NCBI GenBank assembly: GCA_965205015.1
Contig: OZ242029.1
Coordinates: 4,896,001-4,960,000, forward strand
DNA from: Candidatus Poribacteria bacterium
Lineage (GTDB): Bacteria > Poribacteria > WGA-4E > WGA-3G
Direction: 5' to 3'
Length of the DNA: 64,000 bases
A program made the translations under genes and the position numbers. Within the stretch, counting starts at the first letter, position 1; every line of letters begins with the position of its first letter. Positions 22,197-31,960 of the stretch are shown one piece after another. Under the pieces are notes generated by a model. It was not told the origin of the DNA. It saw only the letters and a program-made list of their open reading frames with translations, and made no database searches.

Positions 22197-23036
22197 AGGC
22201 TCACTCATCCGCTCTTGCGCTTGACGCGAGAGTTCAGCGAGATGCCCATCGTTTGCTCGCACCTGTTCGAGATGTACCCACCGTTTAGGTGTCGCTGTCC
22301 GCATCATCTTCTCGCCATACTTCCGATCGATCCAGAAGCGCGAAGATCCAGCGATATAGGCTTGTAGCGCATCCAACTTCTCATCAGGATAGCGTTGACA
22401 GAGGTTCATCGTAAACATACGGCGCCGCGTGCCACCGCCGAATGCTGCGTGCTTGGTATTATGGTTAAACAGTACCAGATCGCCGGGGGTCGTCTCAAAG
22501 ACCGTTGCCGGGACATCCTTACCGTGTATTTCCCAGAAGTCCTGGCTCTTTCCAGCCTGTTTAGAAAGTGTATCTGCATACTTATCACCGAAGAGATGAC
22601 TTCCCGGAATAACGCGAAGTGCGCCGGTATCGCGAGTCAGCGGATCAAGATAGAACGCGATCTTGATGTGCATCGGATCTTCCAGCTTATGCCCCCCATC
22701 TGAGTGCCATCCTGTATCGCCGACGTAGAAATTCCCGTCGCTGCCCATGTAGTTGAAATCATCACCGAGCAACGCGTTCGCGATCCCTAAAATCCGGGGG
22801 TCATCCAACAGTGATGACAACTCCTCACTCTGGTCGATGAACGGCACAATACAGGAACGTGCAGTGCCTTCATGCGGTCTGCCGTTATGTCCACCGCCTC
22901 TCTCTTCCCAGACCGCTTCAAAAGCGTCCTGAATTGCGGTAATCCGATCCGCCATCAATTGTGGGAAACTGAGATAACCGAACGTCTTAAAAAAATTAAT
23001 CTCCGTCTCGGTGATGTTGAAATCGTGCTGATTCAT
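22185..23036 (-). CDS. Phytanoyl-CoA dioxygenase (PhyH) family protein
   Basis: WHSD, GALRVIPGSH, GDLVLFNHNTKHAA (HxD...H triad). Confidence 0.85.
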   Translation of the reverse strand: MNQHDFNITETEINFFKTFGYLSFPQLMADRITAIQDAFEAVWEERGGGHNGRPHEGTARSCIVPFIDQSEELSSLLDDPRILGIANALLGDDFNYMGSDGNFYVGDTGWHSDGGHKLEDPMHIKIAFYLDPLTRDTGALRVIPGSHLFGDKYADTLSKQAGKSQDFWEIHGKDVPATVFETTPGDLVLFNHNTKHAAFGGGTRRRMFTMNLCQRYPDEKLDALQAYIAGSSRFWIDRKYGEKMMRTATPKRWVHLEQVRANDGHLAELSRQAQERMSEPSRG

Positions 23037-23126
23037 TTTTTTAATTTTCCTTGCGGTTCGTTAAAGTGGGTGTGGAATTGACGTACCTCTCCGTAGAAAC
23101 GCCTTTCATTTCATTACAGGCTTGCG
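23037..23126. repeat. Dispersed ~100-bp element (TTTTTTAATTTTCCTTGCG ... CATTAC end)
   Basis: Similar to 29997-30105, 40523-40638 (inverted) and 9932-9975 (partial). Confidence 0.6.
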
Positions 23127-23310
23127 ATCTTAGACTCAGAAGAGGATAGGAAACCTCGGAAACGTATATTGGATTCCCTTAACGCCAGAAAACTTGGCGC
23201 AAGCCTCTATAGGAGACCTGCGGGACAATATTACTACGTTATGATAGCATGTTTTTCCATAATTTTGCAATCCGATTGCAAACAACACAGGCACATTTCT
23301 GGTAGATTTT

Positions 23311-23423
23311 AGGGGGCAGACACAAGACTACAAGGGGACAGGCACACGCTACAAGTGGGCAGGCACACGCTACAAGGGGACAGGCACACGCTACAAGTGG
23401 GCAGGCACAAGACCTGCCCCTAC
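23311..23423. repeat. 21-bp tandem REP-derived array
   Basis: Alternating CAAGGGGACAGGCACACGCTA / CAAGTGGGCAGGCACACGCTA, ending GACCTGCCCCTAC. Confidence 0.85.
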
Positions 23424-23546
23424 AAGATGTCCATGTATTTTGATAATTCACCATAAATAGCCCTGCTATACCTCCAAAGAAAACTTGCGAAACCTATGAA
23501 TTAATGTTAATATTATTTAAGATTCTTATCCACTGAAAGGTTCTAA

Positions 23547-24341
23547 ATGGCTCTTAACACAAAATCGTTCCCTGCCTATTTCTCACTCTTTAAAGTGACA
23601 CTCCGTCAAATGTTTTGGAGTAAACGAACCGTCCTCATTCTGCTCGGATGTCTGCTATCCCTTGTCATAGCACTCGGATTTCGGTTCATGGCACGAGGAA
23701 GTGGAAGCATCAACCGGTTCATCCCACAGATCACGTTGGCACTTTATGGACTCTTGGTGAACCTATCTGCAATTTTCTACGGCACCGCGATCATCTCCGA
23801 TGAAATCGACGGAAAAGGTTTGACGTATCTTCAGATGCGCCCGCTCCACAAATCGACGATTCTCCTTAGCAAATTCGCTGCATACCTCGTCGGGACGGTT
23901 ACGCTTATCGCAACATCGCATCTGATTCTGACCGGGATTATGCTAACACACCCAAAACTACAGAACGGTGTGTTTTTCCAGTTGGGTATGAGCCTACGCT
24001 ACACCGCCTCAATGGCATTAGCACTGTTAGTTTACGGGGCACTCGCTGCGACGCTGGCAGTCAAATTCAAAAATCCAGTCCTGTGGGGGCTGCTCTATTT
24101 GATGGGGTGGGAAAGTATCACCACAGCTCCAATTATGGCAACGGGAATCAAGCGGCTCTCTATATCACACTATCTTTTCACACTATTTCCGCGTTATAAA
24201 CTGCCTCGAAGCGATTTTAATGCGGTGTTAGGGACATCACCACCACCAGCGTGGGTAGCCCTTCTGATAATCTTCATATTGACAGCCGTGCTGCTATGGC
24301 TCGCCATCCGAATTTTCCGGGAACGAGAATACTTGATTTAG
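23547..24341 (+). CDS. ABC-2 type transporter permease
   Basis: About 6 TM segments; ISDEIDGKGLTYLQMRP...LLSKF motif. Confidence 0.75.
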   Translation: MALNTKSFPAYFSLFKVTLRQMFWSKRTVLILLGCLLSLVIALGFRFMARGSGSINRFIPQITLALYGLLVNLSAIFYGTAIISDEIDGKGLTYLQMRPLHKSTILLSKFAAYLVGTVTLIATSHLILTGIMLTHPKLQNGVFFQLGMSLRYTASMALALLVYGALAATLAVKFKNPVLWGLLYLMGWESITTAPIMATGIKRLSISHYLFTLFPRYKLPRSDFNAVLGTSPPPAWVALLIIFILTAVLLWLAIRIFREREYLI

Positions 24342-24348
24342 GCACGCT

Positions 24349-25551
24349 TCAATCGCATTCCTTGAGAACCCGCGCCGTTTCACGTGAGACGATCAACTCC
24401 TCATTCGTCGCAACAACCAGAATTTTGGCACGGCTGTTAGCCGCCGAGAGGTCTACTTCGCCCGTCAGTTGCTCATTCTTCACGGCATCTAAGTGAATAC
24501 CGCACCATTCAAGCCCCTCACAGATCTTCGCTCGCGTGATGGGACTTTTCTCGCCGATCCCCCCCGCAAAAGCGATCACATCCACCCCGCCAAGCGCGGC
24601 GATATACGCACCAATATATTTTTTCACACCGTAAACGTAAGTCTCCAGAGCCAATCGGGCATCATCATCGCCTGCATCGATCGCCGCCTCTATATCACGC
24701 ATATCACCGCTCGTGCCCGAGATCCCTTTCAAGCCGGAATCCTCAACCAACTGACGACGAATCTCATCTGTAGAGAATCCCTCTTTGTCGATCATATACA
24801 GCACCGCAAACGCGTCCAACTCACCGCAACGGGTAGACTGAATCATCCCGTATTGCGTAGATGTGCCCATGGACGTATCCATAGATTCGCCGTCTTTGAT
24901 GGCGCAGAGAGAGGAACTGCCCCCGAGATGGCAAGAGATAATGCGCAATCCGTCCCCTGTTTCCCGTTCGAGGAGCTGCGGCACGCGTTCAGAAATGTAC
25001 CGGTGCGAAGCCCCGTGGTAGCCGTAACGACGGATATCGTGTTGTTCCACCCAAAAGCGAGGCACCCCGAATTCGGCGGCGTAATCCGGAATCGTCTGAT
25101 GGAACCACGTTTCAAAGACTGCAACGAGTGGTGTCGTAGGGAGCAACTCCTGAAAGGCACGGATAGAAGCGATATAGGCGGGGTTATGCATCGGTGCGAG
25201 CGGTGTCGAGGTCTCCAACGCCGTTATCACATCTTCGGTAATCCGGGCGGAACGCCAGTACCCTCGGGCAAGAATCGTTTTGAACCCGACACCGTCCAAT
25301 TGCCCCAAGTCCTCCAAGCATCCAACTTCGGCATCGGTGATTAGATCCATGGCGTGCGCAATCGCTGCAGTATGTGTGGGTGCATCAATTTCGCCTTCAT
25401 GGGACGGCTTCCCCGGCACCGCATGTGTGAAAGCAGATGGTGAATTGCCGATACGCTCCACCCCTCCCTTGACGAGAGAGGTCGTGGTTTCCATATCAAT
25501 GATTTGGTATTTGAACGAGGTACTCCCTACGTTCGCACAAAGTATACGCAT
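24349..25551 (-). CDS. ackA: Acetate/propionate kinase
   Basis: NVGSTSFKY, APMHNP, RRYGYHGASH, CHLGGSSS, GGIGE, TNEEL. Confidence 0.9.
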   Translation of the reverse strand: MRILCANVGSTSFKYQIIDMETTTSLVKGGVERIGNSPSAFTHAVPGKPSHEGEIDAPTHTAAIAHAMDLITDAEVGCLEDLGQLDGVGFKTILARGYWRSARITEDVITALETSTPLAPMHNPAYIASIRAFQELLPTTPLVAVFETWFHQTIPDYAAEFGVPRFWVEQHDIRRYGYHGASHRYISERVPQLLERETGDGLRIISCHLGGSSSLCAIKDGESMDTSMGTSTQYGMIQSTRCGELDAFAVLYMIDKEGFSTDEIRRQLVEDSGLKGISGTSGDMRDIEAAIDAGDDDARLALETYVYGVKKYIGAYIAALGGVDVIAFAGGIGEKSPITRAKICEGLEWCGIHLDAVKNEQLTGEVDLSAANSRAKILVVATNEELIVSRETARVLKECD

Positions 25552-25579
25552 AGTGGCTTTTGATCTCTTTATTATTTAT

Positions 25580-25876
25580 TCAGTTGGTGTCCTTGCCATT
25601 CAAAACCTTCAGGGCAGTTTCTACTTCAGCATCAAGATCTTCAGCACTGAGTTCAGCAAAGGGGGAAATTCCAGCCGCAGACATCAAGTCTGACAGATCC
25701 CACCGGGAAATGTTAAGGAGTTTCGCAGCTCTACCGGCACTAATATCCCCGTGCCGAAGAAGTTCAAGTACAAAAGCCTCTTTCGCCTTACGTTCCGCAT
25801 CGGTTTTGTGTTGTAAAAAACTCTCGTCAATAGGAAGTGTAAACGTGAATTGGACTTCAACTTCCGCTTTTGCCAT
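25580..25876 (-). CDS. UPF0175-family HTH protein (putative antitoxin)
   Basis: ISAGRAAKLLNISRWDLSDLM motif. Confidence 0.7.
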   Translation of the reverse strand: MAKAEVEVQFTFTLPIDESFLQHKTDAERKAKEAFVLELLRHGDISAGRAAKLLNISRWDLSDLMSAAGISPFAELSAEDLDAEVETALKVLNGKDTN

Positions 25877-25962
25877 AAGATTACCTCACTTACCTGTTTG
25901 CTTTTACAAACAACTGCATTCGCATCTAAGAAGGAAGAATTTATCTGAACTATCGGCTTATA

Positions 25963-26370
25963 TCAAGATAGGTGCGGTTCAACGACTTGTTCTACACCTT
26001 TCTCCACGGTCGTGTTTACGTTTGTTCCTTCTTCGCGATCGGGTTTAAAACCGTGATCTGTGTCTGCTATTGGTTCAATCAAGAGTCGACATCCCAGCGC
26101 GTTGAGGATGGCACTGAACGTATCAATCCGCAGTGCTTCGTCGCTGGACAGAATATCGGAGAGGGATTCTGGAGCGATTCCAGTTTTCTTGGCGAGTACG
26201 GAAATCCCCCCCTGCGATTCTACGACGGTCCGCAATGCCAACAGCAGTAAAGGTGTATCACCGTCAACTTGGTATTCTTCAAGCGAGAATTTGAGATACC
26301 GAATTGCCTCTTCTGGATTAGCAGTAAACCGTTCAGTTAGATATGCACGCCATGTTCTCAATTTTCTCAT
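25963..26370 (-). CDS. Addiction-module antidote (HTH antitoxin)
   Basis: YL...LLLALRTVVESQGGISVLAKKTG; ATGA overlap with toxin stop. Confidence 0.8.
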   Translation of the reverse strand: MRKLRTWRAYLTERFTANPEEAIRYLKFSLEEYQVDGDTPLLLLALRTVVESQGGISVLAKKTGIAPESLSDILSSDEALRIDTFSAILNALGCRLLIEPIADTDHGFKPDREEGTNVNTTVEKGVEQVVEPHLS

Positions 26371-26705
26371 TGTTGTGTCTCCCTGTATTCTCGCCAATAG
26401 TTTTTTGCGCGTTCAATATCCCGTGTCTGCGATGATTTATCACCGCCACAAAGCAAAAGTACAATTGTGTTATCCACTTCTCCAAAATAAACACGGTAAC
26501 CTGCTCCAAAATGAATACGGAGTTCAAAAACTCCACCACCAACAGTTCTACAATCGCCAAAATTGCCAAGGGACAGTCGGTCAAGCCGCTTTTGAATTCT
26601 GTCGTGCGTCTCCTGATTCTGAATTGATTCAAACCATTCGGTAAAAGGTTCCCGCCCGTTTGGTGTTTGGTAGAATTGTAGTTCTCTTGGATGTATCTGT
26701 CGCAT
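26367..26705 (-). CDS. RelE/ParE-family addiction-module killer toxin
   Basis: GNFGD...GVFELRIHFGAGYRVYF...LLCGGDKSSQ. Confidence 0.88.
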   Translation of the reverse strand: MRQIHPRELQFYQTPNGREPFTEWFESIQNQETHDRIQKRLDRLSLGNFGDCRTVGGGVFELRIHFGAGYRVYFGEVDNTIVLLLCGGDKSSQTRDIERAKNYWREYRETQQ

Positions 26706-26732
26706 TGTTGATTATCGTTTACACATATCATA

Positions 26733-29700
26733 TCACGCTTTCGGTAGTGTAGGCAATGTCAAACGCGGACGCTCACCGAAATCGGGGACTTCGGGGGGAT
26801 TCTCCTCCATCTGTCGGAGGAGTTCTTCTATTGCGCGATCCAGCTGCGGGTCGCCGTCTGTGGCATAATCCTGTGGACGATAATCCACTTCTATATCCGG
26901 ATCGGTGCCGTAGTTCTCAACACGCCAGCCAACATCAACGAACCAGAACGAATACTCCGGCTGCGTCGTGCCGCCTCTATCCACAAACGCCTGATGCGGT
27001 GAGATACCGATAACGCCGCCCCACGTCCGCTTGCCGATGAGCAACCCCAGCTCCATCAACTTGAAACAGTGCGAGAAAATATCGCCATCGGAACCCGCAT
27101 TCTCGTTCGTGACAGCCACCATGGGTCCCAAAACGGAAGCATCTGGATACGGATGCGGTGTCCCCCACCGTGGAACGTCATACCCAATGCGCCGACGGGA
27201 TAACTTCTCTAAGAGCAGTTGCGAGACGTGTCCACCTCCGTTGTAGCGCACATCGACCAACAACCCCGGATAACTCACCTCAGCGAGGAAACCGCGGTGA
27301 AACTCTGCGTATCCGCGCCGCCCCATGTCAGGAATATGCACATACCCGACCTTACCATCGGTTTTTTCATGGACATACCGCCGATTTTTGGAGACCCATT
27401 CTCGATATCGAAGTTCTCTTTCGCTCTCCAGCACCTTGAGCGTGACGACGCGTTCCTTATTATCATCCGCGCCTCGGAATGTCGCTTGAACCTCTTGATT
27501 TGCGAGACTCACAAGAAGTTCACCCGGTGAAACAGTTTCGCTGACCTGCTGTCCAGCGATCGCAAGTAAAATATCGCCTTCACGGATATTAATTCCAGGG
27601 GCATTGAGCGGTGAATCTTTTGTCGCCTCCCACCCATCGCCGTGTGGGACGTGTGTGAGACGATACCCATTATTCTCCGCATCGTAAGCAAAATCCGCCC
27701 CGAGAAACCCTTGTGCGTAATTCGGTGAACTCCGATAATCTCCACCCATTTCATACGCATGTGAGGTACCGAGTTCTCCCTGCATCTCCCACATCAAGTC
27801 CGAAAACTCACCGCGCGTCGCGATCCGTTCAAGGAGTGGCAGATACCGTTGATAGACATGCTCCCAATCCACACCAGACATATCCGCCGTCCAGAAGTAA
27901 TCCCGTTGCAGCCGCCACGCCTCCCGATACATCTGATGCCACTCAGCCGTAGGAACGACAGAGGCTTTGACACGCCCCAGGTCAATCCAACCGGTCTGTC
28001 GGCTCGGTCCCCCTCTGCTCCCGGATTTGGAATCGCTTTCAACCTTTTTACCCGCCTTGATAACGCGCAACCGATTTCCAGTAGAATATACAAGCGTTTT
28101 CGCATCACGCGAAAGCTGAAAATCACTAATACCGGAAACAAGCGTCTCCTTCTTCTGATCCTTGAAATCGTAGGCATGGAGTACACCCCTCGGTCTGCTA
28201 TCCTCATCGTCTGAGGGTGTATCCTGTACCGGAAACGCCGTAAACATCGCTTTGCCTTCAATACCGGCGATCTGCCCGTAATGTCCGTGCGGATACGGGA
28301 ATGCGACGACACGCTGTGTAATACCTTCCAGATCTATCGTGATCGGTTTCTCCGTCTTCTGCTCAGATTTTTCATCAAATGCCTTATCCTCGCCATTCTG
28401 TTCCTTCTCTCCTTCATCCTTATCTTCCTTCTCCTCCTCAAGCGGACGGGGTTCAGGAATGAACGGATTGCCCAAGGTCTTTTGCAAGGTCACCAACAAC
28501 GGACGCATCGCCGTAGGAAACCCAAGATCAAAGTGGAGTGCATCGTAGACGGGATTGAACTCGCGGTAAGAGAGAAAATAGAGATACTTCCCCTCCGGAT
28601 CCCACGCCGGACCGAAATCGTTGAATTCTGGATCTGTGACGAACCACGTCTTACCCGTCTCAATCTCACAGAGTTTTATGGAGCGGGTGGTTTCCGTAGA
28701 CGCAAAACTATAGGCACACCATTTACCATCAGGCGACCAGGCGACATCTCGGATATTCTGATAATGCCCTTTGTCAAGGACCCGCGTCTCTTGTGTCTCT
28801 AAATCGACGTGCAAAAGTTCAAGACGATTATTGATAAGAAGTAACCGATCTTTCTCGTCGCCTTCGGTTTGTGGAGCAACCGCAAGTTGCCGAACATGTC
28901 CAATGTCAAGCGTGTCAAGTCGAACAACCTCAGCATTACCATCACGTGTATGGATTTCCAGTGCCTCTTCACCCTCAGCATCGGAGAGCGTGACGAGTCG
29001 CTTACCATCGTTGAGCCACTCTGTAAAGCGATAGCGTGTTCCGTTGCGCGCACCGTGCTGGAGAACTGCGCCTTCCCAATTCGCCATTGTAAAAGGTTTC
29101 CCACGGACCGTCACTGCCAATGCGTGACCGTCTGGCGTCGGGGCATACTCCTGTAGATAGCGCGATGGACTGACGAACTTTCGCTGTCGCTGGGTACATG
29201 GGCTGCGGAATTCGACATCAACACGGGTTTCAGTACCGTTCTCGATTTCATAAACAAATAGGTCAGCACCGGCGTGGTAGACAATATGCGTGCCATCTGT
29301 CTGAGCGGAACGGCAGTAGTAGGTTTCCTGATGGGTGTGGCGTTGAATGTCTTCACCCGTAGGAAGGCAGGAATAGATATTGCCAACACCTTCATGGTCA
29401 GAGATAAAATAGATACGTTCACCGATCCACATGGGTGTCGTGAAGTTACTATCTACCGGTGCCAGCGGTTGAAATTGCCCATTTCCTTCCGGGTCCACCC
29501 AGATTTGTCCTGCAGTGCCGCCGCGGTAGCGTTTCCAGCGTGCGGGTTCACGGGTCAATCTACCGAGAACAACACCGCCATCACGGCTGAAATCAATATG
29601 GTTCGCAGGCCCGTAAGATAGACGTTGCGGTTCGCCTCCCTCCGCACAGATCTTCCATATCCATGGATCGAATGCCAACCCCGCATTACTGGAATAGAGG

Positions 29701-29996
29701 ATCGTCTTGCTATCGGCATCCCAATCGACAATCGTCGCGTTGCTCCCTTGATAGGTGAGCCGCTTCGCTTCGCCGCCGAGCGCAGGCATCACATAAACCT
29801 CTGACGGTCCCTCTTCACGTCCGGCGAATGCAAGCAGTTCACCATCCGGCGACAAACGTGGCGCACTCGCTGCGCCGAGATTCGACGTAAGCCGTCTCGC
29901 AAACCCGCCTCCGATCGGAACTGTCCATAAATCATCTTCACATACAAAAACAATGGTATCCTGACAAATTGTTGGAAATCTATAATATCCTGACAT
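26733..29996 (-). CDS. Tricorn protease (S41 family)
   Basis: WKRYRGGTAG, beta-propeller repeats, PDZ region, DVRYNGGG, AGSDGD, GKRTWGGV. Confidence 0.92.
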   Translation of the reverse strand: MSGYYRFPTICQDTIVFVCEDDLWTVPIGGGFARRLTSNLGAASAPRLSPDGELLAFAGREEGPSEVYVMPALGGEAKRLTYQGSNATIVDWDADSKTILYSSNAGLAFDPWIWKICAEGGEPQRLSYGPANHIDFSRDGGVVLGRLTREPARWKRYRGGTAGQIWVDPEGNGQFQPLAPVDSNFTTPMWIGERIYFISDHEGVGNIYSCLPTGEDIQRHTHQETYYCRSAQTDGTHIVYHAGADLFVYEIENGTETRVDVEFRSPCTQRQRKFVSPSRYLQEYAPTPDGHALAVTVRGKPFTMANWEGAVLQHGARNGTRYRFTEWLNDGKRLVTLSDAEGEEALEIHTRDGNAEVVRLDTLDIGHVRQLAVAPQTEGDEKDRLLLINNRLELLHVDLETQETRVLDKGHYQNIRDVAWSPDGKWCAYSFASTETTRSIKLCEIETGKTWFVTDPEFNDFGPAWDPEGKYLYFLSYREFNPVYDALHFDLGFPTAMRPLLVTLQKTLGNPFIPEPRPLEEEKEDKDEGEKEQNGEDKAFDEKSEQKTEKPITIDLEGITQRVVAFPYPHGHYGQIAGIEGKAMFTAFPVQDTPSDDEDSRPRGVLHAYDFKDQKKETLVSGISDFQLSRDAKTLVYSTGNRLRVIKAGKKVESDSKSGSRGGPSRQTGWIDLGRVKASVVPTAEWHQMYREAWRLQRDYFWTADMSGVDWEHVYQRYLPLLERIATRGEFSDLMWEMQGELGTSHAYEMGGDYRSSPNYAQGFLGADFAYDAENNGYRLTHVPHGDGWEATKDSPLNAPGINIREGDILLAIAGQQVSETVSPGELLVSLANQEVQATFRGADDNKERVVTLKVLESERELRYREWVSKNRRYVHEKTDGKVGYVHIPDMGRRGYAEFHRGFLAEVSYPGLLVDVRYNGGGHVSQLLLEKLSRRRIGYDVPRWGTPHPYPDASVLGPMVAVTNENAGSDGDIFSHCFKLMELGLLIGKRTWGGVIGISPHQAFVDRGGTTQPEYSFWFVDVGWRVENYGTDPDIEVDYRPQDYATDGDPQLDRAIEELLRQMEENPPEVPDFGERPRLTLPTLPKA

Positions 29997-30105
29997 TTTT
30001 TAATTATTCCTTGCGGTGAAACGGCGTGCGTCCCACCTATCTCGTGTGTTCCTTAAACCTGAAGAAACACCCATGCAAAAACCCCTCCATTACATTACGG
30101 GCTAC
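29997..30105. repeat. Dispersed ~110-bp element abutting tricorn start codon
   Basis: TTTTTAATTATTCCTTGCG...GCAAAAACCCCTCCATTACATTACGGGCTAC. Confidence 0.65.
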
Positions 30106-30144
30106 CGGATTTGATACTATGAAGTGAATGAACTCGACTCAGCA

Positions 30145-30972
30145 CTAACCACTTCTTTTAAGTCTACCGACGCGTTTGGCGTATTTTTCACCCAAATGGA
30201 AAACCCAAAATCCAAGCGGAATGAGGAGAACACCAATAATGAGCAGCAAAAACAGATTGCCCAGTTGACTCTCAACGGATGCGTTCTCCAGCATCGCCGC
30301 ACGAATCGATTTGAGTGTATACGTCGCAGGCGAAATTTTAGAAATCGGTTGAAGCCACGTCGGTAACACCTCAATTTCATAGTAGATACCGGAGACTAAA
30401 AGCAGCATCGACTGAATAATACCCGTTGCGGCTTGTCCCTTCTCCGGTGAGAGCAACGGAAAGATCGCCGCCATCAGACCGATCCCGATGAAAGAAAGAC
30501 TGGAGATAAGAACAGTGACCACTAACGTTAACCAATTCGCATTGCCTAAGTCGATGTGTTCCCCAAAAAAGAACGGTATTATCGCCAAAACCAAAGCCGT
30601 CCGCAGCAACCCGTACAGAACCGCAAACAGACACGAACCGACAAGGTGTGTGATGCGATAAATCGGTGCCATAAAGGTATATTCAATCGTCCCTTCCCAT
30701 CGCTCCCATGTAATTGCATCGCTCACCTCGCGCATCATAACCGAAAGAAACCCCCAGATGAGGGCACCAATGACCAGATAAAGCACATCTTCACTACTGC
30801 CACGCCCGACCATAATCAAGCCGATTGTTAGCGCATTGACGATGGAATAACTGAAAAAGAGGATTTCCCAGCTCAGATACCGCTTCAGCAGATTGAAGTT
30901 CCGTTCAATGAACGCATAAGAGACAATCGTTTCCCGGACAAGATTCAGCATGATGCTACTCTTCCTCCTCAA
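30145..30972 (-). CDS. ABC-2 transporter permease
   Basis: WERWEGTIEY, SGIYY...LPTWLQ, multiple TM; overlaps ATPase gene. Confidence 0.85.
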   Translation of the reverse strand: MRRKSSIMLNLVRETIVSYAFIERNFNLLKRYLSWEILFFSYSIVNALTIGLIMVGRGSSEDVLYLVIGALIWGFLSVMMREVSDAITWERWEGTIEYTFMAPIYRITHLVGSCLFAVLYGLLRTALVLAIIPFFFGEHIDLGNANWLTLVVTVLISSLSFIGIGLMAAIFPLLSPEKGQAATGIIQSMLLLVSGIYYEIEVLPTWLQPISKISPATYTLKSIRAAMLENASVESQLGNLFLLLIIGVLLIPLGFWVFHLGEKYAKRVGRLKRSG

Positions 30973-31816
30973 TCCCTTTACCCGTTAGCGCGATAAACGC
31001 GTCCTCCAATGTCGCTGGCACCCCGTTCTGCGATGGCGCATTCGCGATGAGTTCTTCTACCGTTCCTTCTGCGATAAACCGTCCTTTATCAATAATGGCG
31101 ATCTTGTCGCATAACCGCTCTGCCTCCGCCATATCGTGCGTCGTTAGCACAATAACAGCATTCCGTTCTTGACGGATCTCCTCAATAAAGGCTTGCACAT
31201 CACGCTTAGATTTCGGATCGAGGCCTGTCGTGGGTTCATCGAGCAGGAGTAGCATAGGAGTGGTGAGTAAGGCACGCGCGATAGCGACTTTCTGTTGCAT
31301 TCCGCGCGAGAGATGCTCCATCTCCTCGTTCATCCGATCTGCATCAAAACCGAGTCTTTCCAAAATCTGCTTCGATTTTCGCTCGGCTTCGGGAGCCGGG
31401 ATCCCGTAGAGACGGGCGGCATAAATCAGGTTCTCTTGTGAAGAGAGACGTTTAAAGAAGGAGGCTTCAACAGAAACACGGTTCATCACCCGTCTCACCT
31501 TCAGGCTATTTGTCACGACATCGTCCCCGAAGACATGAATACTCCCAGCATCGGGCAGGAGTAGCGTCGAAATGAGACGAATCAGCGTCGATTTTCCCGA
31601 ACCATTCGCGCCGAGAATACCGTAGATTTCCCCGATGTTCACCTCTAAGGAGATGTCATCAACGGCGCGGATGACTTCTTTCTCTCGTCTGAATATATGC
31701 TGGAACTTCTGATGAAAACGCAGCTTACCGTTCGTTCGCTTGGGCCAATGAAAATGTTTCGTTACCCCGCGAACCGTTAATCCATAGATAGGTTGTTCCA
31801 CTCTTTTTCCTTCCAC
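30956..31816 (-). CDS. ABC transporter ATP-binding protein
   Basis: GANGSGKS, LSRGMQQK, LLLDEPTTGLD. Confidence 0.92.
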   Translation of the reverse strand: MEGKRVEQPIYGLTVRGVTKHFHWPKRTNGKLRFHQKFQHIFRREKEVIRAVDDISLEVNIGEIYGILGANGSGKSTLIRLISTLLLPDAGSIHVFGDDVVTNSLKVRRVMNRVSVEASFFKRLSSQENLIYAARLYGIPAPEAERKSKQILERLGFDADRMNEEMEHLSRGMQQKVAIARALLTTPMLLLLDEPTTGLDPKSKRDVQAFIEEIRQERNAVIVLTTHDMAEAERLCDKIAIIDKGRFIAEGTVEELIANAPSQNGVPATLEDAFIALTGKGIEEEE

Positions 31817-31960
31817 AAAACTGAATGTCGTCTAAAACTATTGACATCCTGTGCACTCTTTTATATATTTATAACCCAAGTTGTCACTAACAAATCCTAG
31901 ATGAAAAATATAAGCCTTGTTTGATAGAGAGTAGAAAAACAAATATAATGGGAGCACACA

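Noticed and set aside
23239-23454. Cys-rich 71-aa ORF (ACACPLV repeats) as a RiPP or metallothionein
   Set aside because: It is the translation of the 21-bp REP array; no SD or modification enzymes nearby.
24493-25344. Long antisense ORFs (also 55374-56261, 11607-12182)
   Set aside because: Shadows of well-supported genes on the opposite strand; no recognisable motifs.
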